Source: Amphiscolops sp. MND2022 (taxonomy: Eukaryota). Taken from it: a stretch of 64,000 nt of DNA. The stretch covers positions 64,542,001 to 64,606,000 of the forward strand of contig OZ076409.1 in assembly GCA_964187785.1 (NCBI GenBank), in the 5' to 3' direction. Position numbers and translations under genes: made by a program. Below are positions 1-10,364 of this stretch, piece after piece. Under the pieces are notes generated by a model, which was given only the letters and a program-made list of their open reading frames with translations, searched no databases and was not told the DNA's origin. The first letter of the stretch is position 1, and every line of letters starts with the position of its first letter.

Positions 1-40
1 ACCATCTTTGAAGCCTGACAAGTAAAGGATTTCTGAACTA

Positions 41-126
41 GGCTGAAATTCCGACTTATTCCGACTTGGAAATTATTCCGACCAAATTCCGACTGGTCGG
101 AGAAATCCGACCAGTTGGTCAACCTG
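41..126. mobile_element. Probable right end of a hAT-like MITE whose left end lies outside the window or is lost
   Basis: Repeated TTCCGAC subterminal motifs, a perfect 10-bp hairpin at 92-115, and a terminus GGTCAACCTG (reverse complement CAGGTTGACC, a CAGG-type hAT-like end). Partner TIR and TSD not visible. Confidence 0.4.
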
Positions 127-157
127 TCTTAAACTTATTGCCTTGACTGGAAACATA

Positions 158-654
158 AACAAGCCGGGACCGGCCCAAGTCGGCGCTATATCTACGGCTC
201 AAAAATAGCAAAAAGACCTCAATATGTCAAAGTATTGGTGAGTTGGGGACCATTTCATGAAAAATTTTTTTTTGGAAAAAAAGTCTCCCAATGCCGAAAA
301 AACAAAGGGTGGACTCTTTGGGGGTTTTCAACGTCCATTTTGTCGCAAAACATCAAAAAATTGAAGGGGGACCCTTTGGGGCAACATTTTTTTCCGGAAA
401 AAAGTCTCACAATCCCGAAAAAAAACTGAAAGGGGGGACCCTTTGGTCTCGCCCGGTATGGTACGTTACGCGGAAAAACAGGAAAAACCTTTTTGGTTCA
501 GTTCGCTAGGCCAAATGGTGCAATTCGGTGCAATAATATTTTGTAGAACTTTTGTAGAACTATTTTGCTCAGTTCAGGTGGTCTTGAAAAAAAACACTGA
601 CGAAAAGCCATGACTATAGTCGACTCTTTTCTAAAGAAAAGCGCCGACTAAAAA
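158..654 (-). mobile_element. Non-autonomous DINE-1/HINE-like element, family A (strand given in HINE orientation)
   Basis: Head AACAAG-GCCG-GGAC-CGGC hairpin followed by AGTCGGCGC; tail hairpin TAGTCG...TTTTCT-AA-AGAAAA-GCGCCGACTAAAAA, whose 3' arm is the inverse of the head motif. No TSD, A/T-run flanks. Confidence 0.75.
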
Positions 655-819
655 TCATATGGGAATCCTTTGGCGAAAAATGAAAAATCTCCTAAAGGAG
701 TCGCAGTGCCGAACAAAACCCTAAAGGGTATCCCTTTGGTACCATATAGTTTTGACGACACGGTAGAATAACTCGAATAGAAAAGTACCCTTTGAAAGCC
801 TTAGACCTTAGAACATCTA

Positions 820-1815
820 AACAAGACGGGAACATGTCAAGCCGACGCCCTACTAAGGCACAAAATGCGCAAAGGTTTTAAAACATGCTCAGGGCTTTTT
901 GTATGAAAAATTCAGAAAAAAGTGTCTATACACCCAAAGGGAGACTACATAAAGCGTGGACCATTCAGTGTGAGAAAAACAATGGCGAAACTATCGAAGG
1001 TGGAACCCTTTGGGCTTTTTTTAACGTGTAATTCGTTGCAAAACATCGAAAAATTCAAGGGGGCCTTTCGAGACATCTAAATATTCTCGAAAAAGTCTCA
1101 AAGTCGAAAGAAGCCGGAAATGGCCCATATTGGCGCCATATCTAAGGCTCAAAAATAGCAAAAGGACTTCAAAGTGTCTAAGTATTCTCTTCTAAAGCAC
1201 CTCAAAACGCCAAAAGTTGGACCGGATTGGCGCGCCAGGGGAACGCTTTGAGATTTTTCTTCCCTTCTGTCGCAAATCATCAAAAAATTGAAGGGGGACC
1301 CTTTGGTGTAAAAAATTTTTTGAAAAAGTCTCATAATTCCGAAAAAAAATGAAGGCGGAACCTTTGCGGAAATTGTTTTTGTCGAAAAGTCGCACCATGC
1401 CGAAATAATGAAAACAATTGAGAAAAAAATTTCCGAAAGTCTCCGGTAAGTCGCATAGTGCTGAAAAATGTAAAAGGGGGACCCTTTGGGATTTTTTGAA
1501 CGTCCATTCTGTTGCAAAATATCAAAAAAATTGATAGGAGGGCCCTTTGGAGATATTAAAAAATTGCGAAAAAAGTCTCAAAGCCGAAATTACATGCACA
1601 AAAAAAATTGGTCAAGGGTGAGACTCGAACCCACGTCCTTCTGCTTAGCAGACGTCAAAAACTATCCTAATTAACTTCTATGCTAAGTGGCAGTAGAAGT
1701 TACAAGTGGCAGTTAGTGGACGCAGCTTATAAAGCTTATGAAATCTGTCACTTCGTTGGTCTTAAAAAGTCACTACTATAGTCTGCGTTTTTCTACGAAA
1801 AACGCCGACTAAAAA
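820..1815 (-). mobile_element. Family A HINE-like element(s): two heads (820 and ~1109), one tail, tRNA-like module at 1609-1653
   Basis: Same head, body (AGGGGGACCCTTTGG, AAAAGTCTCACAATGCCGAAAA blocks) and tail motifs as the other copies. Confidence 0.7.
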
Positions 1816-2670
1816 TCAGAAAAGCAATTTCCCTGCTTTTGAAATTTCGTTTATTTTTCTTCAGAATTTCCCGGCTTCCAATGAAGACTTTCAGCAATGA
1901 CATTCTATGCTTTGAATGATTCGAGTGAAGCGGATTTTCGTATTTAGCTATTCGTGTCGAGGACCGATGATCTTTGCCAAAATTTAGCACTATTTTGCTA
2001 TTTATATTTTAGTTTTGTACGACCGGAGAAAAAAATTCCCGTTCCCGAACGAGTATTAAATATCTTCCAGTTTGTCATTTTTTTCCTCAGGAGTCATTTT
2101 CCTGGGGGTTTTCGAAGAGCAAAATCCGCGCAATCTCTCAAATAACGACTCCTATTACTCAAACAAGTAATTAGCTTTGACATGTGATTTAAACGCTTGA
2201 AGCTTCGCCACTTATCGGTTGCAACGCTTAACTTCATTCAGCTAATCGCTTCAGAGGTTTCGCTGAAGAAAAGTTGAATTCTGGAAAGCTTCACTTCGAT
2301 GTCACAATCAAAAATTGAACGTTTTCCAAAACAAACAAGGCAGCAAAACTTACTTTTACTCCACTGCTGCTTCATGAGTTCTTTCTTGCTATCCAACGTA
2401 TTCAGCAACGGATTTCACGGTATAAGCTCTGAGTAAAAACTTCTTGCTTCTTTTAGTTCGCATTGGTGAGAATTGGAATCGGTGATGGTTGCTCCGCTTT
2501 TAGGAGAATGGAGTCACTAACGCTTATTTTTGCACTTGCGCTTTTAGTACGTAAATAACCGATGACGTCACAATGTATAAGGATAGTCAACTCAAACCTC
2601 ATCTTATTGAGACCCCATCGTGTCTTGTCTCAAACTATTCAATCAGATCCCCCAGTAATTTATTAAATTG

Positions 2671-3038
2671 AACAGAGGTCGGCGCCCCCTCAAGGCTCAA
2701 AATGCTCCGGGTACTTCTCAGCTTTAAAGAACTGCCTTTGAATATTTCTCATCGCCAGAGTTGAACAAAACGATAAAAAGGGAGTCTCCTTGGGCTTGAC
2801 GAAGCCTTATTCTATCTTTCAAAAATGCAGTCTCACAGTGTCAAAAATAACCCACATATGACTTGAAACCCAAATAAATATGGAAGGTTCGCCCCTTTGT
2901 ATGATTGTAGCATTTTGAACTTTTATGGTAACTTCGAAAAAACTTAGAATTTATAAAAACTGTTGAAAAGTTAATGAAAAAAAAACGACGAAAAGTCAAT
3001 TATAGTTGCGTTTTATTTCATAAAGCACCGATTAAAAA
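2671..3038 (-). mobile_element. Degenerate family A copy
   Basis: AACAG-AGGTCGGCGCC...AAGGCTCAAAA head and TATAGTTGCG...AAAGCACCGATTAAAAA tail. Confidence 0.55.
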
Positions 3039-4599
3039 GTTTATTTACCGACAATGATAGCTGATATTTTTTAAGCAGGCTTTGTATTTCAATAGCTCGC
3101 CAATTGAGCTCCTTTGAAAAGTTGTGAGGTTCAAAACTCTGACTTCATTAGCTTAGATTTTCACGGATTTTTTGTGGGAAAAAGACAACTAAGTTTTTGG
3201 AAATTATTTTTCCATAATAACGCCGAATAGAATTCTAAATGCAAAAGTAGTAGGCTCAATGGTCTCTGTGTAAAGTGAGTCTAGCCAAAATTGGATCGAA
3301 ACGTCAGGTTTTGCCAGCGCAGCCTGTAACAAAGCACCGATAGATGCAATCAAAGCACTCCATTTTCATAAGTACCCATAGTGTGGAATTTGTTAATAGA
3401 AGCCGCTATTTTGTACGGAAATACGGCTAGTAATGATGTCATGGCAAGATTAAAATGCGGAGTCAAGCCTTAAAATGAGAACAGGTTAGCCAGACTGGTC
3501 AGTACAGTTAGTGTGGATGGAGACAAGGCGAAGAACAGACATGACATGTTACTTTTGTCTAATTACTGACTGACCTTTGCTATAATTTCCGATTCTGAAA
3601 CATTCAAGAACAACAAACTACCAATGTTCAATACTATACATATACTATACTGTACATATGTGCAATGTTGCGTTGTTAAAAAATCAGCTGTTCAACCATT
3701 TTACCATCGAAATTTTTAAAACCATTGATTGAGAAATTTTGAAGCTATAAAGTAGTTTTTTTTAACCACTGGGAATTAACAATTTTGGTAGTCCCGGAAT
3801 AATCAGTAGCCAATGAGTGTTTCTCAAGAGTTTCAGTAGAGTGTGGAAATTTAAGGTGTAAAATGTTTCTTAACTCAGATTGTCAATTGTTCTGGAATTC
3901 CTGTACTCGACAAAATTTTCGCGCTCGAAAACCAACTTTCACAGTCGCATTTTTCTAGTGAACACCTGTTGCAGTGAATTGACTCGTACACTGAGAATCA
4001 TGTGTTGTGTTTTTGGTGTATTTTCCTTTGGTGTATCGACTGTAAAAAATCAAGTTTTTGGAAATTAATCAAAATTTTTAACATTTTTGCCAAGTTCATT
4101 GGTAAAAGTCTGTTTCGTATGTCAACACATCATCTCATATTACGAAGAGAACATCCGTTCCACTTATCCAGAATTAGCCGGCGGAAGATCTCCAGAACTA
4201 GATTTTTGATCTTTCCTTCCAATTCTTTTTCTCGCCAGAATGTCAGGATCATTTCATTCCTTACCGAGTTCGAGCTTTTATACTCATTTCGGAAGCCAAT
4301 TTTTCCGAGTAAATCGTATATTTCGAGTAAATCGGTAGTTTGTTATAAAAAAAATCAGTGTATTCCGGTACAGTACATGTACCGACGTCAATTCACTGAC
4401 CTGTAGTAAAACTTGGTTGAATTTAACCACAATGTTTAACCATTAGGTCAACAAAATGTGTCTAATCATTGGATAGTGTTCCTTATTTCCCCTTAGGTAC
4501 ACATTGCTTCGTATACCCAACACGAAAATACCTTTTTTTAAAAAAAAAAGTCTTGCACGAAGAAAAGAATTCAGAATGGTTACGAAAACCTATAAGATT

Positions 4600-4907
4600 G
4601 TATCTGTAGCTGTTTTGACACTTCCAGCAAAAACGGTCCTGATTTTTTCGTATTATTGATCAAAACAGCCAAAATTCACGCCAGGAACAAGCAAAAATCG
4701 TATAGAATTGACCTATTTTAGTACAAATTCTTTCGGCAACAAAATAAAATTAGCAACTTTAAATGTTAATCCATGTGAAAGAGAGAATTATGACGACATC
4801 AAATATTTTATTGGACCAAAATCAAAATTCAATAGCAAACCATGTCGATATAATGGTATTTGAAGCTTGTTTCTTATTTCCCAGAGGCCGCTTGGGGGAA
4901 TAAGAAA
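4600..4907 (-). repeat. Unclassified dispersed repeat with a second copy at about 21320-21570 (+)
   Basis: The reverse complement aligns by eye with 21320-21570 (GGAAATAAGA.ACAAG...CAAATACCATTA..TC.ACAT...TTTTGGTCCAAT.AAATA.TTGAT). A hairpin GTTTCTTATTTCCC...GGGAATAAGAAAC lies at 4868-4907. Confidence 0.55.
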
Positions 4908-5526
4908 CATGACCCGACTTTTCAACCATACAGTTAAACCATTTAACTAATTACTTGTTGAATAGTGTAACTCTGCATGTGGATATTAGTATGACACTTT
5001 TCTGGAACTTTGAAATATGACTTGAGCGCTCTCAGCAAAAGACGTTGCACCGCAGAATGAGCTAATTTACAACATGTATTCAGTGTCTCAGTCAGAAAAA
5101 AAATAGGCTACCTTTAGTCTGAGCGGGAGCGATGCAATTCTAAAGATAGGTCAAACTGAAATTACAAATAATTCCTGGCATCGAAAAGCCCTAAAAGCTT
5201 CGATTCTTGTATTCAATCAAAGTTTTTAAAACATGTTGATGACGTATTTACTGAAACAAGGTGAGAATAAACTGAAAATGGAAACCTTCTGGCAATAAAA
5301 AGGAAAACATGGTGTCCTCATTTTAAATCGAGTAATGCATCCACAAATAACAAATGCATCCTTGATATTTGAAGATTATAATAGCAGAAGCATGAAGAAT
5401 TGAACAAGGGAAGGAAAGTGATTTTTGATAGACACAAATCAAATCGCGAATAATGTTTTTTTTTCTCACGACATTGCAACACCTATTTGTCCTAAAAGGT
5501 GGAAAGAGCTTTATAATACGACGTAC

Positions 5527-5706
5527 GAGGCGAAGCCCATTTTGGTGAACTCGAGAGTAGAAGGCGATGATCCGAGACACACTCCATCATGGTCGTCTAA
5601 GTCAGCAGTTTCGAGGTGGTTTCCTCCTCCTCCACTCTCGGGAGGCCATAGATGAGTCTGGCCGCCAGCAGGTATTGTTGCAAACTTGATCTCGAAGGTA
5701 TACGAA
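5527..5706 (-). CDS. Candidate internal coding exon of an unknown gene
   Basis: GC-richer open frame (YTFEIKFATIPAGGQTHLWPPESGGGGNHLETADLDDHDG...) ending at a GTACGT donor; acceptor uncertain. Confidence 0.3.
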
Positions 5707-6358
5707 CTATTCAATTATTATATTCTACACATTTCATAAATGGAATCAGAAAACTGATATCTCAGCGTCTTTTGAGAAAAACCAATCTAGTTTGAAACTC
5801 AAGGGAGTTCTTTTGGCATGTGGAAAGCAGAGCTCAACGACAAAAAAAGGTTACCAATACATCCCATATCATTTACCAGCACGCTCATTTCACCCCACAA
5901 TTTAATTGTTCGGTTCCACGTCAGTACCTCCTAAGTAAAAATTCCAAAGTTGAAATCTACGTCAAAATTTCTTAAATGGAATGAAATCAAAATATTGGTT
6001 ACATGACTCGGCCTTCCTCCTTACAGGGCACTTTGCTCCCCTCCGGGTCGGCTTTCATCGAAACCAGTCGCTTGCTTCGTTTCGGCATTTAGGGCACTAC
6101 TGTTGCGTGAATGTTGTTAATAATCATTATTCTGCAATTTAGATTTTGTTTAGGAAACGTTTGAGGAAGAAATTTTAACTCAGAGATTTTCACCTAGCAG
6201 ATAATAAATAACCTGATAGAACTTAACTTGAGAGATTTTGACCTGACATCAGTTACTCCAATGCGTCTCAGATTACTCACGGCAAACACCGAAAGACAAT
6301 TAACTGCCAATGTTATGTGCGAAATGTTCTTTTCAATGTATTCAGTACGCGCGGTTCC

Positions 6359-7567
6359 TTTTTAGTCGGCGCTTTTCTAGTGCAAAGAGCCCGACTATTA
6401 CAGTGGCTAGTCTTTTTAGTCGGCGCTTTTCTAGTGAAAAGAGCCCGACTATTAAGTGGCTAGTTTTTGGTCGGAGCATTTTAACAAAATTAGCCCGACT
6501 ATTACAAGGGCAAGTTTTTTTCTTTTTTTTTTCGTCAGACCACAGAATGTATGCGTAGTGGACACTTTTTCTAGAACCACTAAACTACTGGACCGGCAAG
6601 CGGAAACGCATCTAAGTTAGTGCAAAGGGTCCCCCCTTTTGTGTACTCAATTTTTAACGTAAGATACAAAACCGGACGGGACTACATGAGCCCCCTTTGA
6701 ATTTTTTTCGGCACTGTGCGACTTTTTTTCGATTTTTTTTGTCGGCAAAGGATCCCCCTTCAAATTTTTTGATAATTTGCAGCAAACTGAAGTTTCAAAA
6801 AGCCCAAAGGGTCTCCCCTTTCTAGCTTTCTAGCTTTTCGGCACTATGAGACTGTTTCAAAATTCTCATTTTTCGCTTTTTTCGAAAATTTTTTCAATGT
6901 CTCCAAAGAGTAATGTCTCCCCCCTTCAATGTCTCCAAAGGGTCCCCCCTCAACTATTTTGATATTTTGCAACAAACTGGATTTTGAAAAAATCGAAAGG
7001 GTCCCCCCTTTAACAAATTTTTGAAAAAAATTGCGCTTTTTTGAGCCTTAGATATAGCGCCGACTTTAGACCTCATCGTGTATGTACCACTTTTTAGTAC
7101 AGACTTTACTCGGTTCACGGTGAACCCAGCAGTCACGGGTTCGAGTCCTTGCTTTAGCCAGAAACTTTTTCGATCATTTGCGAAAGCGGACGAGACTAAA
7201 GGGTCTCCTGTTTCAATTTTTTCGGCACTGTGCGCCTTTTTTCGAATTTTTTTTTGCATGCGAAGGGTCCCACCTTCAAGTTTTTTTTTGATATTTTGCA
7301 GCAAACTGAAGTGTCAAAAAGCCCAAAGGGTCTCCCGTTTTAAGTATTTCGACACTACGAGACTGTTCAAAATTCTAGTTTTTTTAAAAGAAACTTAAAC
7401 AAAAATTCGAATTTTTGTCTCCAAAGGGTCCCCCTTCATTTTTTTGATATTTTGCAACAAGCTGGATTCTCAAAAAGCCCGTAGAGTCCCCCTTTTTACA
7501 GGTTTAAAAAAATTTGCGCTTTTTGAGCCTTAGATATAGCGCCGACTTTAGACGTTCCCGTCTTGTT
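6359..7567 (+). mobile_element. Family A HINE-like element with triplicated terminal hairpin and tRNA-like module at about 7100-7170
   Basis: Begins TTTTTAGTCGGCGCTTTT (three ~55-bp units) and ends GCGCCGACTTTA-GACG-TTCC-CGTC-TTGTT. An internal remnant of a second end lies at about 7040-7072. Confidence 0.75.
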
Positions 7568-7686
7568 TTGCTTTTCAAACTATGTCTAAACGAAACATGT
7601 CTCGGATATAATTGAAAACTGACTTTTCAGACGACAAACTAGATCGAAACAGTAAATAATTCTGACAGCTCAGATAACTAAAGCCG

Positions 7687-8010
7687 TTTTTAGTCGACAC
7701 TTTTGAAAAAAATGCAATTTCATAAATTTTATTTGGCCGTTTGGCCTAGCGGTCAACTCAAATTTTCAGACCTGGTGACGGCCTGAAGAGCAGGAGTTAT
7801 GGCTTCGAGTCCCGTACTAAACCAAATTTTGTATGCTTGCAAAAGTAGAGGAAATACCAAAGGGTCCCACCGTTTTTTTCGGCATATCCGGCTTTTCTGA
7901 TTTCTTTTTCCAACCCAAACCCTTGACTTTTAGCAGAACAAGGGCATTTTGCAAGCATAGAGGAGCACCTTAGAATTTTTCGGCACTGTCGAAGACAATT
8001 TTTAAATAAA
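7687..8010 (+). mobile_element. Partial family A copy carrying an A-box/B-box module
   Basis: TTTTTAGTCGACACTTTT start; A-box-like TGGCCTAGCGG at 7742-7752; B-box-like GGCTTCGAGTCC at 7801-7812; family A body blocks follow. Confidence 0.55.
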
Positions 8011-8688
8011 AGTTTAGGAAAACAAAAAAGTTTTGGAACATTGGTGTATGTTCCTTCCATACAACCCAAAGCATTGGAATCCTAGACAAGCAAATCAAAC
8101 AAGTTACTTCCGCGGTATCTTCTGGAGAGTCTTTTAAACCAAAAATGACAATAATTGGTCATTTCCACTTTAAAAATAGGCTTTCCAGGGCACACTATTA
8201 TTTCTGCTTTAATCTTTCATTAATAATAGAATCATATCTGGAATACCAATACACTCCTGTTTAATCAACATTTAGCGCACAATTAATCACTGTAGCAGTT
8301 TATACCGCCTTTAAATCTCGGACTAAAGCAAATATAACTACTAAGAGTAGACGAAGTTTCGAATTCGCATTTGAATGCAGGCGAAGCTCTCCTCGAACGA
8401 ATAATTAACACACATTCGCTTCATCTCAATAACTCGGCGTACAAAAGCATAATTATGAACACTCGCTCGCTTCATCTCAATGACGTCAGCCTACGAATGC
8501 GTAATTACCACTCGCTCGTTCCATCGCACGAGAATTGAAATGTCGTCAGCAGCTTGAGAAATTTAATTCTCACGCTTATAGTCACTGCCGAACACTATCT
8601 AAAATATTCAGTATCATGCGAAGAATTTTACTGAAAAAAGGGAGACAACTTGAGGTTTCAATAGTATTTCTGCTATCGCAGAAATAAT

Positions 8689-10000
8689 AACAAGACGGGA
8701 ACGTCTGAAGTCAGCGCTATATCTAAGGTTCAAAAAACGCAAAGTTTGTAAAATTGTAAAAGGGAGGACTCTTTCGGCCTTTTGAAAATCCAGGTTGTTG
8801 CAAAATATTTTGAAAATGAAGTGGGAACCCTTTGGAGACACTTTCGAATTTTGAAAAAGTCTCATAGTGCCAAAAAATTCAAACGGGGATACCCTGTGGG
8901 CTTTCATTAGAGTGCACAGGCAAGCCTTATTTGCTCAAAGCGCAACATAGTGCGTTCAATATCTCGGATTCCACAACCATAGCTTTAACCGTGCAAAATT
9001 TGCAAATTACGTCATTTGTCCCGGATTCCACGGATTTAGTCGTGGATTCCAGTAACAAATGCTTAGCTGTACGAACTGTCGGCATGCAGCGGTGTCCCGG
9101 ATTCCACAAAAACGTAAGTTTTGCGAAATGAACCAATCAGATTGCAGAAATCATAAATTTCCTGGATTCCACGACTTTATGCTTGACGCGATACGCGGCA
9201 TCTCTTCTTTAATTAAATTCAAGTGGTAGACTGAACAAACATAATATTATGCACTACTTTTCGTATATTAATTCAAAATGATTCAGACAATCACACCAAT
9301 ATCACACAAAATTTTTGTATTTTCAAGTTTAGTACCGTTTTGAACAAACTGCCAGATCATCACAATCTGCCATTATTTGAAGACATGCTTCATTTTTGGT
9401 ACCAGTCACGAGTATCTCTTCGTACTTCTTGGATTTTTCGTGTCAATCAAAACAAATTCCTTTGATATAAGATTGAATTAATATAAAATGATTATTCAAA
9501 ATGAGCGGACCAATCAGAGAGCAGCGGCAAAAGTGTCATTATAGCAGCAGTATTGGCGTGGAATCCAGGACAGGCACTGTCGTGGAATCCAAGAAACGCT
9601 TAACATCAAAGAGAAATTTTGTCCTGGATTCCACGACTTTTCTCAATTTTCGTGTCCCGGATTCCACGAAAAGCAGCGAAAAGCTTGCCTGTGCACTGTG
9701 ATGTTTTGAAACTTCAGTTGGCTGCAAAATACCAAAAAAAATTGAAGGGAGCCCCTTTAGAGACAAAAAAAATCGAAAAAAGCCGCTCAGTGCCGAACAA
9801 AATTCAAAGGGGGGCCCTATAGTCCCGTCCGGTTTTGTATCTTGAGTTAAAAATGAAATAAATGAAAGGGGGACCTTTTGCACTAACTTAGATGCGTTTC
9901 GGCTTGCCGGCCAGTAGTTTAGTAGTTCTGTAAAAAATCCACTAAGCATACATTCTGTTGCCTGACGAAAACAAACAGTCACTGTAATAGTCGGGCTTCT
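8689..10000 (-). mobile_element. Family A copy interrupted by a TIR element
   Basis: Head AACAAG-ACG-GGAA-CGTC at 8689; body resumes after 9698; truncated tail GTCACTGTAATAGTCGGGCTT at about 9978-9998. Confidence 0.65.
8910..9698. mobile_element. Non-autonomous TIR element (MITE), possibly Tc1/mariner-pogo type
   Basis: Perfect 15-bp TIR AGTGCACAGGCAAGC (8911) / GCTTGCCTGTGCACT (ending 9697). At least 8 internal GGATTCCA(C) motifs in both orientations. Flanks TA/TG (degenerate TA TSD, uncertain). Confidence 0.7.
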
Positions 10001-10206
10001 TTCCTTTTAAAGTATACATATATATAAAAATTGAATTAATATAACTCCAGAAACATAAGAAATATAACTGAAGAAAAATGAGAGTTAAAAAAATTAATAT
10101 AACTCCAAGAAACGTTATGTTCGGAGATTGGGTATACGTTATATTCGGGATGCGTTAAATCCGGTATGTGGTTATGTTATTGTCGAAGGGGACTCTTATC
10201 ACTTTT

Positions 10207-10348
10207 TGTTATTTCTTCGTTTATATATTTACAATAAACGTTGACTTGTTTCCACCTTCATCTTGCTTTAATATCATTCATTTGTTACTTTCAGATATAG
10301 TTGACGTTGTGTTTTAATTGAGTGTTATCACAAGACAAGTTTTTATCA
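10207..10348 (+). repeat. 5' LTR (142 bp)
   Basis: TGTTATTTC...TTTTTATCA, contains AATAAA; identical to the 3' LTR. Confidence 0.95.
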
Positions 10349-10350
10349 AA

Positions 10351-10364
10351 TGGTAGCAGGATGA
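10351..10364 (+). promoter_or_regulatory. Primer-binding site for initiator tRNA-Met
   Basis: TGGTAGCAG-GATG two nt after the LTR, matching the complement of the metazoan tRNAi-Met 3' end (TGGTAGCAGAGGATG, recalled) apart from a 2-nt gap. Confidence 0.8.

Noticed and set aside
235-1525. Short ORFs with recurring phrases such as KGGPFG and FFGTMRLF (also at 6954-7398, 22754-23353, 32519-33239, 34859-35128, 42140-42548, 43837-44073, 52789-53131)
   Set aside because: They are chance translations of family A repeat blocks; frames and stops are not conserved between copies.
1609-1611. Terminal CCA of most modules as proof of retroposed mature tRNA
   Set aside because: tRNAs that begin with GG end genomically in CC plus discriminator A, so CCA is uninformative there; only the 37636-37638 case looks additional.
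4002-4406. 134-aa ORF
   Set aside because: Phe/Ile/Ser/Arg-biased with no motif or splice support, and adjacent to repeat-like sequence.
10322-10360. ORF-track start of the polyprotein at 10322
   Set aside because: It is a non-ATG codon inside the LTR; the first ATG is at 10361.
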